Assembly (NCBI GenBank): GCA_015655215.1
Contig: JAATFL010000013.1
Span: 371 to 64,370 of the forward strand
Reading direction: 5' to 3'
DNA from: Coriobacteriia bacterium
GTDB lineage: Bacteria > Actinomycetota > Coriobacteriia > Coriobacteriales > RUG033
DNA length: 64,000 nt
A program made the translations under genes and the position numbers. Positions 8,916-19,366 of the stretch are shown piece by piece; the stretch's first letter is position 1, and each line of letters starts with the position of its first letter. The notes beneath the pieces were generated by a model. That model saw nothing but the letters and a program-made list of their open reading frames with translations, ran no database searches and was not told where the DNA came from.

Positions 8916-10052
8916 ATGGCAGACTATCTAGGACAGGATATCCCCAAGCTCGGGTTCGGGCTCATGCGTCTTCCCCGCAAGGGTGAGGAGATCGACATCG
9001 AGCAGGTCGAGGCCATGGTCGATGCGTTCCTTGCCGCAGGGTTCACCTACTTCGACACGGCGCGGGTCTACAACGACTCCGAGGCGGCCATCAAAAAGGC
9101 GCTCGTCGACCGCTACCCGCGCGAGAGCTACCAGCTTGCCTCCAAGCTCGCCGCCTGGCTCGGCCCCAAAGATGCCGAGGAGGCGCGGCAGATGTTCTCG
9201 ACCTCACTCGAGACGACGGGGGCGGGCTATTTCGATTTCTATCTTCTCCACAACATCGGCGCCGGTCGCACGAAGGTCTTCGATGACTACAAGCTGTGGG
9301 ATTACGTCCATGACCTGCGTGAGGAGGGGCTGGTACGGCATCTTGGCTTCTCGTTTCACGACAAGGCCGACGTGCTCGATCGCGTCCTCGACGCGCACCC
9401 GGAGGCCGAGTTCGTGCAACTGCAGATCAACTACGCCGATTGGGACGGTACCTACGTCCAATCCGGCAAGTGCTATGAGGTTGCGAGGAAGCACGGCAAG
9501 CCGGTGATCGTCATGGAGCCGGTCAAGGGTGGCCTGCTGGCCAAGCCACCGGCCACGGTGGAGGCGATCCTCAAGGAGGCGGAGCCTCAGGCCACCTGCG
9601 CTTCTTGGGCGCTACGATTCGCCGCGTCGCTTGATGGGCTCGTCACCGTGCTCTCCGGTATGTCGACGATCGAGCAGATGGAGGACAACCTAGCCACCAT
9701 GTGTGCGTTCAAGCCGCTCGATCCCAGCGAGCACGCCGTGATCGAGCGTGCGCAAGCGGAGTTTGCGAGCATGGACCTCATCGGATGCACGAACTGCGCC
9801 TACTGCGCGGAGGGTTGTCCCGAGCATGTTGCCATTCCCGGTATCTTCAGCTCCGTGAACAGCTATCGCATGTTCGGCGACATGGCAGCCGCCAAGTTCA
9901 ACTACGGGCTCGAGACGGGACAGGCCGCCTTGGCAAGTGCCTGCGTGGAGTGCGGTCAGTGCGAAGGGGTGTGCCCGCAGCATCTGCCGATAATCGAGGA
10001 GCTCAAGGCGGCTGCCAAGCTGTTCGAGGATGCGCCCAAGGTCGCGTCCTAG
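8916..10052 (+). CDS. Aldo/keto reductase with C-terminal 2x[4Fe-4S] ferredoxin domain
   Basis: ATG 8916 follows ggaggacg. AKR N-terminus LGFGLMRLP...FDTARVYNDSE. C-terminal CTNCAYCAEGCP and CVECGQCEGVCP. Confidence 0.9.
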   Translation: MADYLGQDIPKLGFGLMRLPRKGEEIDIEQVEAMVDAFLAAGFTYFDTARVYNDSEAAIKKALVDRYPRESYQLASKLAAWLGPKDAEEARQMFSTSLETTGAGYFDFYLLHNIGAGRTKVFDDYKLWDYVHDLREEGLVRHLGFSFHDKADVLDRVLDAHPEAEFVQLQINYADWDGTYVQSGKCYEVARKHGKPVIVMEPVKGGLLAKPPATVEAILKEAEPQATCASWALRFAASLDGLVTVLSGMSTIEQMEDNLATMCAFKPLDPSEHAVIERAQAEFASMDLIGCTNCAYCAEGCPEHVAIPGIFSSVNSYRMFGDMAAAKFNYGLETGQAALASACVECGQCEGVCPQHLPIIEELKAAAKLFEDAPKVAS

Positions 10053-10257
10053 GACGTGGCCTCCCTATGATATACGTGCCCAAATCGATTCCGCGCCTCA
10101 ACGCAAGGGCAATAAGACCCTCGGCAGAAACGCTCTCAACATCCAATGTGCGCCTCTTTCAATGCGGCCGGTCTTTTTGCAGGCCTATATATCTTTAGCT
10201 GTCGTCCTGTTCACTCTGTTCGGCTATCAAGTGGATGCGTCGACATGCCAAGGCCCT

Positions 10258-13029
10258 CTACGTCTCGATCGTGATGCTGCTCCCCTCGGTCTTGTCCTTG
10301 GTGACCACGATCTTCTTGTCGATGCGTTCCTTCAGCTCGGCGACGTGGGAGATGATTCCCACCATCCGGTTCCCACCGGAAAGGCCGTCGAGGATCCTGA
10401 TCGCGTGGTCCACCGACTCCTCGTCGAGGGATCCAAAGCCCTCGTCGACGAACATGGTGTCGAGCTGGATGCCGCCGGAGTACGACTGGATCACGTCAGA
10501 AAGACCCAGCGCCAAGGCGAGCGAGGCCTTGAACGACTCACCGCCCGAGAGGGTCCTCACGCTGCGGGACGTTCCGTTGTAGTGGTCCACCACGTCGAGG
10601 TCCAGACCGCTCTCGCTTCGCTTGCTGCTGGCGACGCCCTGCCTGATGAGCTCGTACTGGCCGTCGGTCATGTCCAGCAACCGCAGGTTCGCCTTCGCGA
10701 TGATCTGATCGAAGTAGGTCGTCTGGATGAAGGTCTCGAGTTCGACCTTGTCCTTGCCCGACACGTTGCCGTTGGCGGTCTTCGCCAGGGAGTCGACCCA
10801 ACGATACCTCTCCTCGACCTTGAGCATCTCCGCACCGCGCTTCGCGAGATTTGCCTTGGTCTTCCTGTTGGAGTCGAGTCGTGAGAACACCGTCCTCGCT
10901 TCCCTTTCCAACGCGTCCTTGTCTGCGATGAGGTGCGTCTGCCTTGAGACGACCTCCTCGGGGTCGTCCCTGGGCATCTCCTTGAGCTGCTCCTCGAGTG
11001 CGCTTCGCGTGGCCTGGGCCTCTTGGATGCGCCTGTTGTATCCATCGTAGGCGGCTTGTGCCTCGGCTAGGGCTCTGTCCATCAACCCTTTCGTGTCCTG
11101 CAGGTTTGCGATGGCGGCAAGGGCGGTCTGCTTGCTCGGGTGCTCGAGCTTCTCGGACATCTCCTGTATCCTCCTGCAAAGTCCTTGCAGGTTCGCCTCA
11201 TCCGTCGCGATGCGCGTGGCATCGCTTGCGCGCTTGCTCTCTGCATCCTTGATGTCCCGCTCGAGCTGGGGGAGGAGCTCTTCGAGTCTCGTCCTCTCCC
11301 GACCTCTGCGTACGATATCCTCCAGCTTGCCGGCGAGGTTTCCCTCCTCGCTGCGAAGCATGTCCATTCGGTCACGGGCAGCTTGGGGGACCTCCCCGGC
11401 CTCCACCTGTCCCAGCAGCTCTGTCGCCAAGGACGAGACCTGCTTGTCGAGCTCGGCGACCGTGCCGCCCAACTGCGCTGCATCCCCGCTCAGCTTCGAG
11501 GCTCTCTCCTCGGCGACTGCCCGTCTCTTCTTTGCGGCGTTGAGTTGCGTCTCGGTCGGTGCGCCCTCGCTGACGGTTGCAGGATGGGGATGGCTCGTCG
11601 ATCCGCAAACCGGGCACGCAGTGCCCTTCTCCAGCGTGCTTGCGAGCAAACCTGCCTGCTCGTCGAGGAAGGCGCGCTCCAGGTTCTCATAGGTTCTGGA
11701 CAGCGATTCCTTCTCGTCTGCCGCGGCGGAATACGCGGTTCGCACACGGACGAGCTCGTCGTGCTGTCTGCCCCTGTCCGCCATGATGGCGCCCAGCTTC
11801 GTGAGGTTTCCCTGGTCGGCCCTGTTCTCCTTGAGCGCGGCCTCAAGGTGAGATCGATCCCTGTCCACGTCCTTCAACGCCACCAGTCTGTCCTTGGTGT
11901 CTTTCAGGGTGGCCTCGAGTCCCTCCTGGGCACGGGCGAGTTTGCCCCGGTCCCCCCTCAGTTTCTCAAGGGCGGCGGCATCCCTCCTCTCCCTCAAACG
12001 CAACGCATCGTGCTCATCGTACGAGGCGAGCCCCCTCGCCGCGGCGTCGATGGCGATGAGCAGTGCCTCCCTCTCCGGTCCCTTGGCCACCTCTGCGCCG
12101 TAGGCCGCCTTCGCCTCCTCCAGTTTTGGCGCGTAGGCTTTGGTGACCCTCTCCGCCTCTGCAATGCCCGTCTGCGCTTGTCTGGCGGCCTCGAGTCTTC
12201 CGAGGATCGAGTTGAGACTTGCCAGCTGCACATCGATCGCGGTGATGCGCAGCTGTGCGGAGTCGTGCCGTGCCTCGTCCTGCGCGACCAGCTGGTCGAC
12301 CAGGACGACGATGTCCGCCAGGTTGAACGCGCCGTGCCGGCCCTTCATCTTCTCAAGCTCCGGTTCGTGCGCATCGTCAGGGGGGCAGACGACGCCATCC
12401 ATGTATTGCGAGACGCCCCTCTTGGCATCCTCGTAGGCGTCTCGCAGCCCGAAGGCCTCGTTCCTCAGGGCCACTTGCAGGTCGAGATAGGGCTTCGTGT
12501 CGAATATCTGCCTGAAGATCTGCTTGCGGTCCTCGGTGCTCGCCAGGAGGAGCTTGAGGAACTCTCCCTGTGCGATCATCGCGATCTGGGTAAACTGGTC
12601 CCGGTCGATGCCGATGATGTCCCTGACGGCCGCCTCGACATCTCTGAGCCCTTCCACCTCCCGGCCATCCGGGTACACGATGGAGGCGTTTGGCTTCTCC
12701 GATGTGGTTCCCGTCCCCCGTTTTGCAGGACGCTCGTATTCGGGGTTCCGTCTGATCCCGTATACCTGCCCCCGATAGGAGAACTCCATCTCCACAAACG
12801 TGGGCGTCTCGGGCTTGGCGTACTTGCTGCGAAACATGTTCGCGTCGCGGCTGTCCCCCGAGGCGTCTCCGTAGAGGGCGAAGGTGATGGCATCGAAGAT
12901 CGTCGTCTTTCCCGCGCCGGTGTCGCCGCAGATGAGGTAGAGCCACGTCTCGCCGAGCATGGTGAAGTCGACGGTCGTCAAACCCGCATAGGGTCCGAAC
13001 GCCGACATGGTGATGTGCAGCGGCTTCAT
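10258..13029 (-). CDS. sbcC: SbcC-type SMC-like ATPase (exonuclease SbcCD subunit C)
   Basis: Walker A GDTGAGKTT, long coiled-coil with zinc hook CPVCG, signature LSGGESF, Walker B MFVDEGFGSLD. ATGA overlap with sbcD. Confidence 0.9.
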   Translation of the reverse strand: MKPLHITMSAFGPYAGLTTVDFTMLGETWLYLICGDTGAGKTTIFDAITFALYGDASGDSRDANMFRSKYAKPETPTFVEMEFSYRGQVYGIRRNPEYERPAKRGTGTTSEKPNASIVYPDGREVEGLRDVEAAVRDIIGIDRDQFTQIAMIAQGEFLKLLLASTEDRKQIFRQIFDTKPYLDLQVALRNEAFGLRDAYEDAKRGVSQYMDGVVCPPDDAHEPELEKMKGRHGAFNLADIVVLVDQLVAQDEARHDSAQLRITAIDVQLASLNSILGRLEAARQAQTGIAEAERVTKAYAPKLEEAKAAYGAEVAKGPEREALLIAIDAAARGLASYDEHDALRLRERRDAAALEKLRGDRGKLARAQEGLEATLKDTKDRLVALKDVDRDRSHLEAALKENRADQGNLTKLGAIMADRGRQHDELVRVRTAYSAAADEKESLSRTYENLERAFLDEQAGLLASTLEKGTACPVCGSTSHPHPATVSEGAPTETQLNAAKKRRAVAEERASKLSGDAAQLGGTVAELDKQVSSLATELLGQVEAGEVPQAARDRMDMLRSEEGNLAGKLEDIVRRGRERTRLEELLPQLERDIKDAESKRASDATRIATDEANLQGLCRRIQEMSEKLEHPSKQTALAAIANLQDTKGLMDRALAEAQAAYDGYNRRIQEAQATRSALEEQLKEMPRDDPEEVVSRQTHLIADKDALEREARTVFSRLDSNRKTKANLAKRGAEMLKVEERYRWVDSLAKTANGNVSGKDKVELETFIQTTYFDQIIAKANLRLLDMTDGQYELIRQGVASSKRSESGLDLDVVDHYNGTSRSVRTLSGGESFKASLALALGLSDVIQSYSGGIQLDTMFVDEGFGSLDEESVDHAIRILDGLSGGNRMVGIISHVAELKERIDKKIVVTKDKTEGSSITIET

Positions 13030-14162
13030 GCCTGTTCACCCCACACGTCTTGGATGAGCGTCGTGACCAGATCCTTCTGCTCCGGCGTCATCGGTTGGTT
13101 GTTCTGCTTCTCGAAGAATTCGCTGAAAAGCTCGAGGGGCGAGCGTTGGGCCATGTCGGGGCCGGTTATCACATCTCGCTGCTCCTGCGTGCGCTTGTTG
13201 TCGTAGTCGAGGCGCATGAGGTTCGGGTAGATGGCCCTCAGCTTGCCAATCGCATCCACGACGTCCACTTCGTCGGTCAAGGTGACATGGATGTAGTCGT
13301 CGATATCGGTCCCTTCCCAGACATCCGGTGCGGTGATCTTCTCGAAGGGCCCTTTGATCTCGCGCATGTCCCTTCGGGGGACAAGGGGGATGGATGAGAT
13401 CTCGATGTCTCCCTTCTTTCCCATCTCGACCACCGTCACGCTCTTGGCGTGCTTGGCTTCGGAGAAGGAGTACTTGAGAGGGGTCCCGCAGTAGCGCACC
13501 TCCGCACGTCCGACATGCTGCGCCACGTGAAGGTGTCCCAACGCGACATAGTCGAAGGCATCGAACAGGCTCGCATCGATGGTATCGAGTCCGCCGACGC
13601 GGATCTCCTCGGATTCGCAGGTCGTCGCGCCGGTGATGAACTGGTGCGCCAGGATGATGTTGCGCCTTGAGGTATCGATGGGATTGTGGGCGAGGGCGAC
13701 CTTCATCGCCTGGTTGTAATCGGTCACATCCTCATCGGGAAAGCAGGTGCGCACGTCAGCTGGCCTTATGAACGGGAGCAGGTAGACATCGATCGGGCCG
13801 TACTCGTCGCAGAGCTCGATCGGGTCGAGTCTGCCGTCGAACACGGGGGACATGTATACGTGACGACTCCTCATGAGCTGGGATCCGAAGGCGATGCGCG
13901 CTGCGGAGTCATGGTTGCCGCTGATGACGAACACGGGTTCGTCTCGGTCTGCCAGACGCGTGAGAAAGCTGTCGACCAGTTGCACCGCCTCCGCGGAGGG
14001 GATCGGCTTATCGTAGACGTCTCCCAAGATCAGCACCGCATCCGGCTTCTGCTCATCGATGATGTCGAGTATCTCGGCGAGGATGTACCTCTGGTCATCG
14101 AGCATCGAGAAATCATTGATGCGCTTTCCGATGTGCAGGTCTGAAAGATGGATGAGCTTCAT
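13026..14162 (-). CDS. sbcD: SbcD/Mre11-type nuclease (exonuclease SbcCD subunit D)
   Basis: ORF trimmed to MKLIHLSDLHIGK (ATG 14162). Metallophosphoesterase motifs DLH, GDVYD, GNHD, GHLH. Confidence 0.9.
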   Translation of the reverse strand: MKLIHLSDLHIGKRINDFSMLDDQRYILAEILDIIDEQKPDAVLILGDVYDKPIPSAEAVQLVDSFLTRLADRDEPVFVISGNHDSAARIAFGSQLMRSRHVYMSPVFDGRLDPIELCDEYGPIDVYLLPFIRPADVRTCFPDEDVTDYNQAMKVALAHNPIDTSRRNIILAHQFITGATTCESEEIRVGGLDTIDASLFDAFDYVALGHLHVAQHVGRAEVRYCGTPLKYSFSEAKHAKSVTVVEMGKKGDIEISSIPLVPRRDMREIKGPFEKITAPDVWEGTDIDDYIHVTLTDEVDVVDAIGKLRAIYPNLMRLDYDNKRTQEQRDVITGPDMAQRSPLELFSEFFEKQNNQPMTPEQKDLVTTLIQDVWGEQA

Positions 14163-14416
14163 TGTTCCTTGTCCCGGTCTGTGAGGAGTCTCCTGAAGGA
14201 TACTCCGTCCTATGATCCTGAACGCTCTCGACACCCCTGTCCATGATCCGTGAGGTAAGCGATCCGCTGGCAAGTGTATCAAACGCCTCCTACGACAACG
14301 GGATGAGCGCTTGAGGTTCTCTGCGCCGCGAAGGCGGTGTCGTCTCGCGGGCGCTTCCCTGCCGGCGTTCCCGCCGTTGGCGAGGGGAGGGAAGTCGATC
14401 GGATGGGGGCGCCGTG

Positions 14417-15856
14417 TCACCCTTCGATCATATCGAGCAATTCCTGTTGTGAGTGGATGTCGAGTTTGAGGTAGATGTTCTTGATGTGTGTCTTCGCCGT
14501 GTCATGGGAAATCGCCAGCGACTGAGAGATATAGGAGGCGTTGCGACCGCGTGCGAGTAGGATCAGCACCTCGTGCTCCCTGGGGGTGAGCGCATATCGC
14601 AGCGTGATCTCCGCGCACCGGTTGGGTATCTCGTCGTTGGACTCGAGGTTCGTCTCGGGGACGAGCCAGGAGCGCACGGGGGAGTGCGCATCACCCATGA
14701 GCAGCGTGCCCGCCACGAAGAAGGCGAAGATGACGAGAACGGAGAAGGGCACCCACGCTGCCGCGAGGAAGTTGGCGGGAAGATACATGGCCAGAAGGCA
14801 CCCTGTGAGATTGGCGAGCATGAAGGAGAAGTATCCGATAGCGTAGATGTGCACGACCGATCGGTTCATGCGTATGGCCAACGTGCCCCAATAGACGATC
14901 ATGAAGAAGTAGAAGATCGAGAACCCGAGATTGTGGATGGCCGCGCCGAGCCAGGTCGGTCCTACGTCAAAGGCATAGAGCAGGAAGCCGAGAACGACGA
15001 AGATGAGGGCGACCGCGTAGAACTGCGAAGCGGACAACCGGCGACCATACCAACGGGACATCGTCAGAAGGATGACCCCTGCCGCCAGCTCTCCGGAAGC
15101 TGCCATGATCCAATAGTTTGGCGACGTGAAGACGTCACTCGAGGAGGACTGGATGAAGCCGCTTGTGAATGCGACCAAGAACGGAAGGATGATGAACATC
15201 CAGGAGAAGTGCAGCGTGCCGGCCGACTTCTCGATCGACTCCTTCCCTCGCATGCCCTTGGTGGTATGTCCCCCGTGATAGAGCAATGGAGCGCACAGGA
15301 TCGAGGCGAGGACGAAGGCGACCGCCTCGACGTACACCGGAGCCAGCGTCAATGCAAGAAAGAGCAGTACGGATACGATCAGTGCGTATGAGATGTCGAT
15401 GATGCCCCGGGTCAACTCCATGCGGGAGAACATCTCACCCCATGATATCTTGAGGCATCCGATGCAGACACCTCCGAGTAGGGCGCCGACCAAGACTCCC
15501 AGAGGATAACCTCCCAGTTGAGCCGCCAACGTCAGTACCGATCCTGTGGTAAAGGCGACGGTGATACCCACATGAAGGCCCTTGGAGTCCAGCAATGACC
15601 CCAACCGGGTGCCCACCAACACGATGACGAGCAATGAGGCGACGGTGCCTACCAGCACATAGAACTTGTAGATGGTGGTGCCACCGGGAATCATGAGCGG
15701 CATCACGACGAGCAGGGATTTACTCTCCAGACAGCACCAGAGCCAGACTGCGGCGAAGCTGGCCCATCTCATCCATCCATTCACCATCTCGTCCCGAGCC
15801 TTGTCGAGCCACTTCTCCCGTTGTTCCATGCCCCGTGCCTTTCCCCCGTCATCCAT
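14417..15856 (-). CDS. Polytopic-membrane LuxR-family transcriptional regulator (sensor-regulator)
   Basis: About 10 predicted TM helices, then a C-terminal GerE/LuxR HTH LTPREHEVLILLARGRNASYISQSLAISHDTAKTHIKNIYLKLDIHSQQELL. The start is uncertain: ATG 15856 chosen, ATG 15829 also possible, and the ORF-track start at 15973 is TTG. Confidence 0.8.
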   Translation of the reverse strand: MDDGGKARGMEQREKWLDKARDEMVNGWMRWASFAAVWLWCCLESKSLLVVMPLMIPGGTTIYKFYVLVGTVASLLVIVLVGTRLGSLLDSKGLHVGITVAFTTGSVLTLAAQLGGYPLGVLVGALLGGVCIGCLKISWGEMFSRMELTRGIIDISYALIVSVLLFLALTLAPVYVEAVAFVLASILCAPLLYHGGHTTKGMRGKESIEKSAGTLHFSWMFIILPFLVAFTSGFIQSSSSDVFTSPNYWIMAASGELAAGVILLTMSRWYGRRLSASQFYAVALIFVVLGFLLYAFDVGPTWLGAAIHNLGFSIFYFFMIVYWGTLAIRMNRSVVHIYAIGYFSFMLANLTGCLLAMYLPANFLAAAWVPFSVLVIFAFFVAGTLLMGDAHSPVRSWLVPETNLESNDEIPNRCAEITLRYALTPREHEVLILLARGRNASYISQSLAISHDTAKTHIKNIYLKLDIHSQQELLDMIEG

Positions 15857-15982
15857 CCATTCACCAGCAGTCTTGCGGTCATCGACAATTTGGGTGGTGA
15901 TAGAAGTATAGCGGCCATGAACAGGATGCGGGGCATCCGATGGACGCCCCGCATCGAGAATCCCATGCAACAATCGATCAGT

Positions 15983-17524
15983 TTACTCCCATGAGGTGGT
16001 TGAGGCGGCGTTCGCACCTGCGATACGGCCCCATGCAAGTCCGCCGGTGAGCGACGTGCCCGAACCCGGATAGTAGAGACCATACCACCCGCCTGAGTTC
16101 ATACCACCGGAGAAGAGGTGGGGGATGGGGTCGCCTGAGAGCGAGATCACCTGCGCATCGACGTTGATCTTCAACCCGCCCAGTGAACCGAGGTTCGCCG
16201 ATACGTTCTTGTAGGCGTAGTACGGTGGCTTATCGAGTTGGATGAGTTGCGTGTTGCGGTGCCAGTCGAGATCCTCCCCCGTTTGGGCGATATTCGCGTT
16301 CCAGTCATTCATCGTCTGGGCGAGCGTTTGCGCCGGGACCCCCATCGCCTCCGCGAGGCTCTCATAGGTGTCCGCGGTCAAGAGGGTACCCTTGGCAACA
16401 GCCGAGTCGATGTCGCTGTACCAGGGTCCGAGCTTCTGTTCGACCATGCTCTGGTCAAGTACCATCCACGTGTCGCCGTCGAGCTGGGTGGCCTGCTGGA
16501 AGATGGCACGGTACGTGTAGGCGTAGGTGGCGTCCTCGCACACGAAACGCTTGCCGTTCGCGTTGACGAAGATGCAGGGTATCTGGGCGACGGCGTTGGT
16601 CGTCGCGTTGCCGGTGGCCAGGTCGTAATCGATGCATCCTCCCACGGTCGCAAGCGCGGCTCCGACCTCAAGGCCCATCCTGATGCCATCGCCGGTGGCG
16701 GTCGTGGCGATGTAGCTCTTCTGCGTGGTGAGGTCCCAGTACTGCTGCTGGTTCAGGGCTTTGGCAAGGTCCTCGTTCCTGTCGATGCCGCCCAGCCCGA
16801 GGACGACACCCCTCTTGGCCTTGATGTTGACGTCACTCCCGTCCTTCTTGGCGACGACACCGATGATGCCGTTGTCCCCATCGGTGATGAGTGATTCGAC
16901 GGTCACGTCGTACTCGAACGTCACGCCAAGATTCTGGGCCGCTGCGGTCTCGAGGTCGGTGACGATCTTCCCACCACCTGCTGCACCACCACCCTTGTAC
17001 ACGTGGATGCGGTCGGCGTGCAGGTTCTCCGCGTCGCAGTAGGGGACATGGCAGTTGCCGTACACCGACGTCCATTCCGTACCGATGCTCTCAAGCCACT
17101 TCAGGTCATCGGGGGCGGCGTCGCAGAGCGTGGTGATGAGGTCCTCTTCACCGATGCCCTCCGCTTGCTTGACGTAGCATCTGGCGTGGATGGCCGGCGT
17201 GTCGTTCTGAAAGGAGGTGAACTCCTTCTGCCATTCGGTTCCCGCTGCCTGGAACACGCCACCGGAGAGGGCCGTGGTTCCACCGGACTGGGATTGCTCC
17301 TCGAGGCAGAGCACCTGGGCACCGGCCTCGGCGGCGGCACATGACGCGGCAAGGCCCGTTCCCCCCGCACCGCAGACGATGACGTCGGTCTCCTCCGCCC
17401 ACTTGATGTTCGCGGCAGAGCTGCTCGATGAGGAACTCGAACATCCGGTCAAGACCCCGCCGGCAACTGCCGCGGCCCCGATCGCCGCACTTGTGATGAA
17501 CCCCCTGCGTGAAAGATTGGCCAT
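15983..17524 (-). CDS. Tat-exported FAD-dependent oxidoreductase, fumarate-reductase/flavocytochrome-c flavoprotein family (predicted lipoprotein)
   Basis: SD AAAGGGAGAA. Signal SRRGFITSA followed by lipobox LTGC and a poly-Ser linker. DVIVCGAGGTG. Confidence 0.9.
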   Translation of the reverse strand: MANLSRRGFITSAAIGAAAVAGGVLTGCSSSSSSSSAANIKWAEETDVIVCGAGGTGLAASCAAAEAGAQVLCLEEQSQSGGTTALSGGVFQAAGTEWQKEFTSFQNDTPAIHARCYVKQAEGIGEEDLITTLCDAAPDDLKWLESIGTEWTSVYGNCHVPYCDAENLHADRIHVYKGGGAAGGGKIVTDLETAAAQNLGVTFEYDVTVESLITDGDNGIIGVVAKKDGSDVNIKAKRGVVLGLGGIDRNEDLAKALNQQQYWDLTTQKSYIATTATGDGIRMGLEVGAALATVGGCIDYDLATGNATTNAVAQIPCIFVNANGKRFVCEDATYAYTYRAIFQQATQLDGDTWMVLDQSMVEQKLGPWYSDIDSAVAKGTLLTADTYESLAEAMGVPAQTLAQTMNDWNANIAQTGEDLDWHRNTQLIQLDKPPYYAYKNVSANLGSLGGLKINVDAQVISLSGDPIPHLFSGGMNSGGWYGLYYPGSGTSLTGGLAWGRIAGANAASTTSWE

Positions 17525-17713
17525 GGTTCTCCCTTTGCTCGTCCACCGTTCCCTTTGCCATGGTGGATTGGCTCATTTCTAACATGGGGGACGTCACGGC
17601 GCATCACCCGCACGGTGAGATTCGAGGTGGTTCCTCCTACCACTTTGCGGGTGAGTAGTACACCGTCGTATCGTTCGCAGTGGCGCTTGGGTTGGGAGAT
17701 ACCGTCCAGTCGC

Positions 17714-17938
17714 CTACTTGCCAGGAGCTTTGGGCGCCCCTGGTGCCCCAGGAGCTTTGGGCATGCCGGGAGCCCCAGGAGCTTTGGGCGCCCCGGGTGC
17801 ACCCGGGGCGCCCGGCATGCCGGGCATGACCGGCAGAGGTTCTCCGCATTTTGGGCATATCGTATCGGTGGGGTCACATGTAGCGCCACACTTGGGGCAG
17901 GTCTTATCCGTTGCTATTGCTGCAGGTCTAAAGCACAT
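17714..17938 (-). CDS. Small double zinc-ribbon protein with (G/K)(A/M)P triplet-repeat tail
   Basis: CPKCGA...CPKCGE followed by PGMPGAPGAPGAPKAPGAPGMPKAPGAPGAPKAPGK. Start ATG 17938 has SD GAGAGGA 6 nt upstream. Alternatives are ATG 17974 and TTG 18007. Confidence 0.6.
   Translation of the reverse strand: MCFRPAAIATDKTCPKCGATCDPTDTICPKCGEPLPVMPGMPGAPGAPGAPKAPGAPGMPKAPGAPGAPKAPGK
17721..17801. repeat. Three tandem 27-nt repeats (CCAGGAGCTTTGGGC core) encoding the proline-rich tail
   Basis: Units at 17721-17747, 17748-17774 and 17775-17801, read directly. The period is a multiple of 3, so copy-number change would stay in frame. Confidence 0.85.
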
Positions 17939-18127
17939 AGCACATCCTCTCGACGAATTAGCTGCATGGTCCATGATGGTGTTTCCCACGCTGAAAGTAA
18001 TCCGCAAGGTGTTACTATTTCACGCTGATGGTGCTCATACCAGCAGGCTGATTTATACTCGGTTCAGGAGAAAGTGCAACTCCTCATGATGGTCCGACTG
18101 CCTTACGGGCATCTGCCCAAGGGTGGT

Positions 18128-19366
18128 TTACCCAGCGTCGCGACTGGCCTCTAGAGCGTCCCTCTTGTGGAGCAGGGAGACAAGCCTGATCATCATGATG
18201 CCCGAGAAGAAGAGGATGGCCAGCATCAGGAGTCCCGGTATCAGGCCGGGTACGAGGAGGTTCGTGGCAAATCCCAGGAGCAGGATGTAGAGGGTGCAGC
18301 TGGTCGCGATGACGTTTTTGATAAGTCCGGGTATCTTCTTCCCCGGGCCCGACACCTTTCTTACCAGAGCCGCCATATGGCCGAGCCCGCAGAGTGCCAT
18401 CACAAGGTTCGTGATGCCGAGGACGATGCCGAACGCCTGGTCGAGAAGGCCTGGGATGATGCACGCCACCATGGCGAGCACGGCGATCCCCATGCCGAGT
18501 CCGACCAACGGCCTTGAGGGGGCGAACGTCTTAACGGGCGTCTCTCCGACGAGCATGATCTGCATCGCGGTGATGAAGATGAACAGGACTGAGCCTCGCT
18601 CGCTGTCAAAGGGTATGAGCCCCATCACTCCCAAGCAGGAGATCACGACCATGAGGAGCATGACGGTGGCAAGCAGTAGCATGATCATGTGCTTGAGGGG
18701 AATGTCGATGGGGCTCAGCAAGCCGCGCCCCTTGCCCAGGTCGCTTCTGACGGTGGAGGGGATGCTCCCCGGGGTCTCCCGCTCGATGTGAAACGAGAGG
18801 ACGCCGAGCACAAGCTGGGTAACGCCAAGGATTATCAGGAGCACGGCCCTTATGTATTTTGAGGAAAGGCCGGGAACGAGGACCCAGATACCCAGGACGA
18901 TGCAGATGACGTGCATGAGGGTGAAGAGCACGGTGTAGGCGAGCGGCAGGGGTGCGGCACCGCGGGTCCTCTTCATCAGGAAGGTGGGCAGCCTCACGGC
19001 GCCCATCACCAGCAGGATCAACCCCAGGACGACGTTGATTGCCCCCGCGAGGGTCCCGGGTGACATGAATGCCAGCGCCCCCAACATGGCCAGCGCCAAG
19101 CCCATGAGGAAGAGGAGCCAGGAATGATGCACCGCCCCGATGGGCGTAAAGCCCAGAAACGACATCATGAGGGCGAAGATTATCACGAAGAGAGCGCTCG
19201 CACCCACGCTGTCGTAGGCGAGCTGTCCCGCCATGATGGGGAAGAGGAGTATCCCGTAGAGGAGGGAGAAGATACCAAACATCGTCATGAAGAGGGGCGT
19301 GAGAGGAAGTTCCTCCCATGTCGCGATTTCGCTAGCTCCAGTCTGACCTGCGTGTTCCCGTGTCAC
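18128..19366 (-). CDS. Hypothetical polytopic membrane protein (~12 TM)
   Basis: 412-aa ORF, GTG start with GGAG upstream, almost entirely hydrophobic helices. No catalytic motif recognised. Confidence 0.7.
   Translation of the reverse strand: MTREHAGQTGASEIATWEELPLTPLFMTMFGIFSLLYGILLFPIMAGQLAYDSVGASALFVIIFALMMSFLGFTPIGAVHHSWLLFLMGLALAMLGALAFMSPGTLAGAINVVLGLILLVMGAVRLPTFLMKRTRGAAPLPLAYTVLFTLMHVICIVLGIWVLVPGLSSKYIRAVLLIILGVTQLVLGVLSFHIERETPGSIPSTVRSDLGKGRGLLSPIDIPLKHMIMLLLATVMLLMVVISCLGVMGLIPFDSERGSVLFIFITAMQIMLVGETPVKTFAPSRPLVGLGMGIAVLAMVACIIPGLLDQAFGIVLGITNLVMALCGLGHMAALVRKVSGPGKKIPGLIKNVIATSCTLYILLLGFATNLLVPGLIPGLLMLAILFFSGIMMIRLVSLLHKRDALEASRDAG

Noticed and set aside
11140-13206. 688-aa ORF on the plus strand, plus several 100-220-aa ORFs, inside sbcC/sbcD.
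   Set aside because: It is antisense to a gene with clear SbcC motifs. The translation is low-complexity L/R/G-rich with no motifs or SD, a typical high-GC antisense ORF artefact.
17721-17801. The tandem repeat considered as a possible CRISPR or minisatellite array.
   Set aside because: There are only three units with no spacers. The array lies in frame within a coding sequence and encodes a Pro-rich tail. No cas genes or repeat-spacer architecture occur anywhere in the window.
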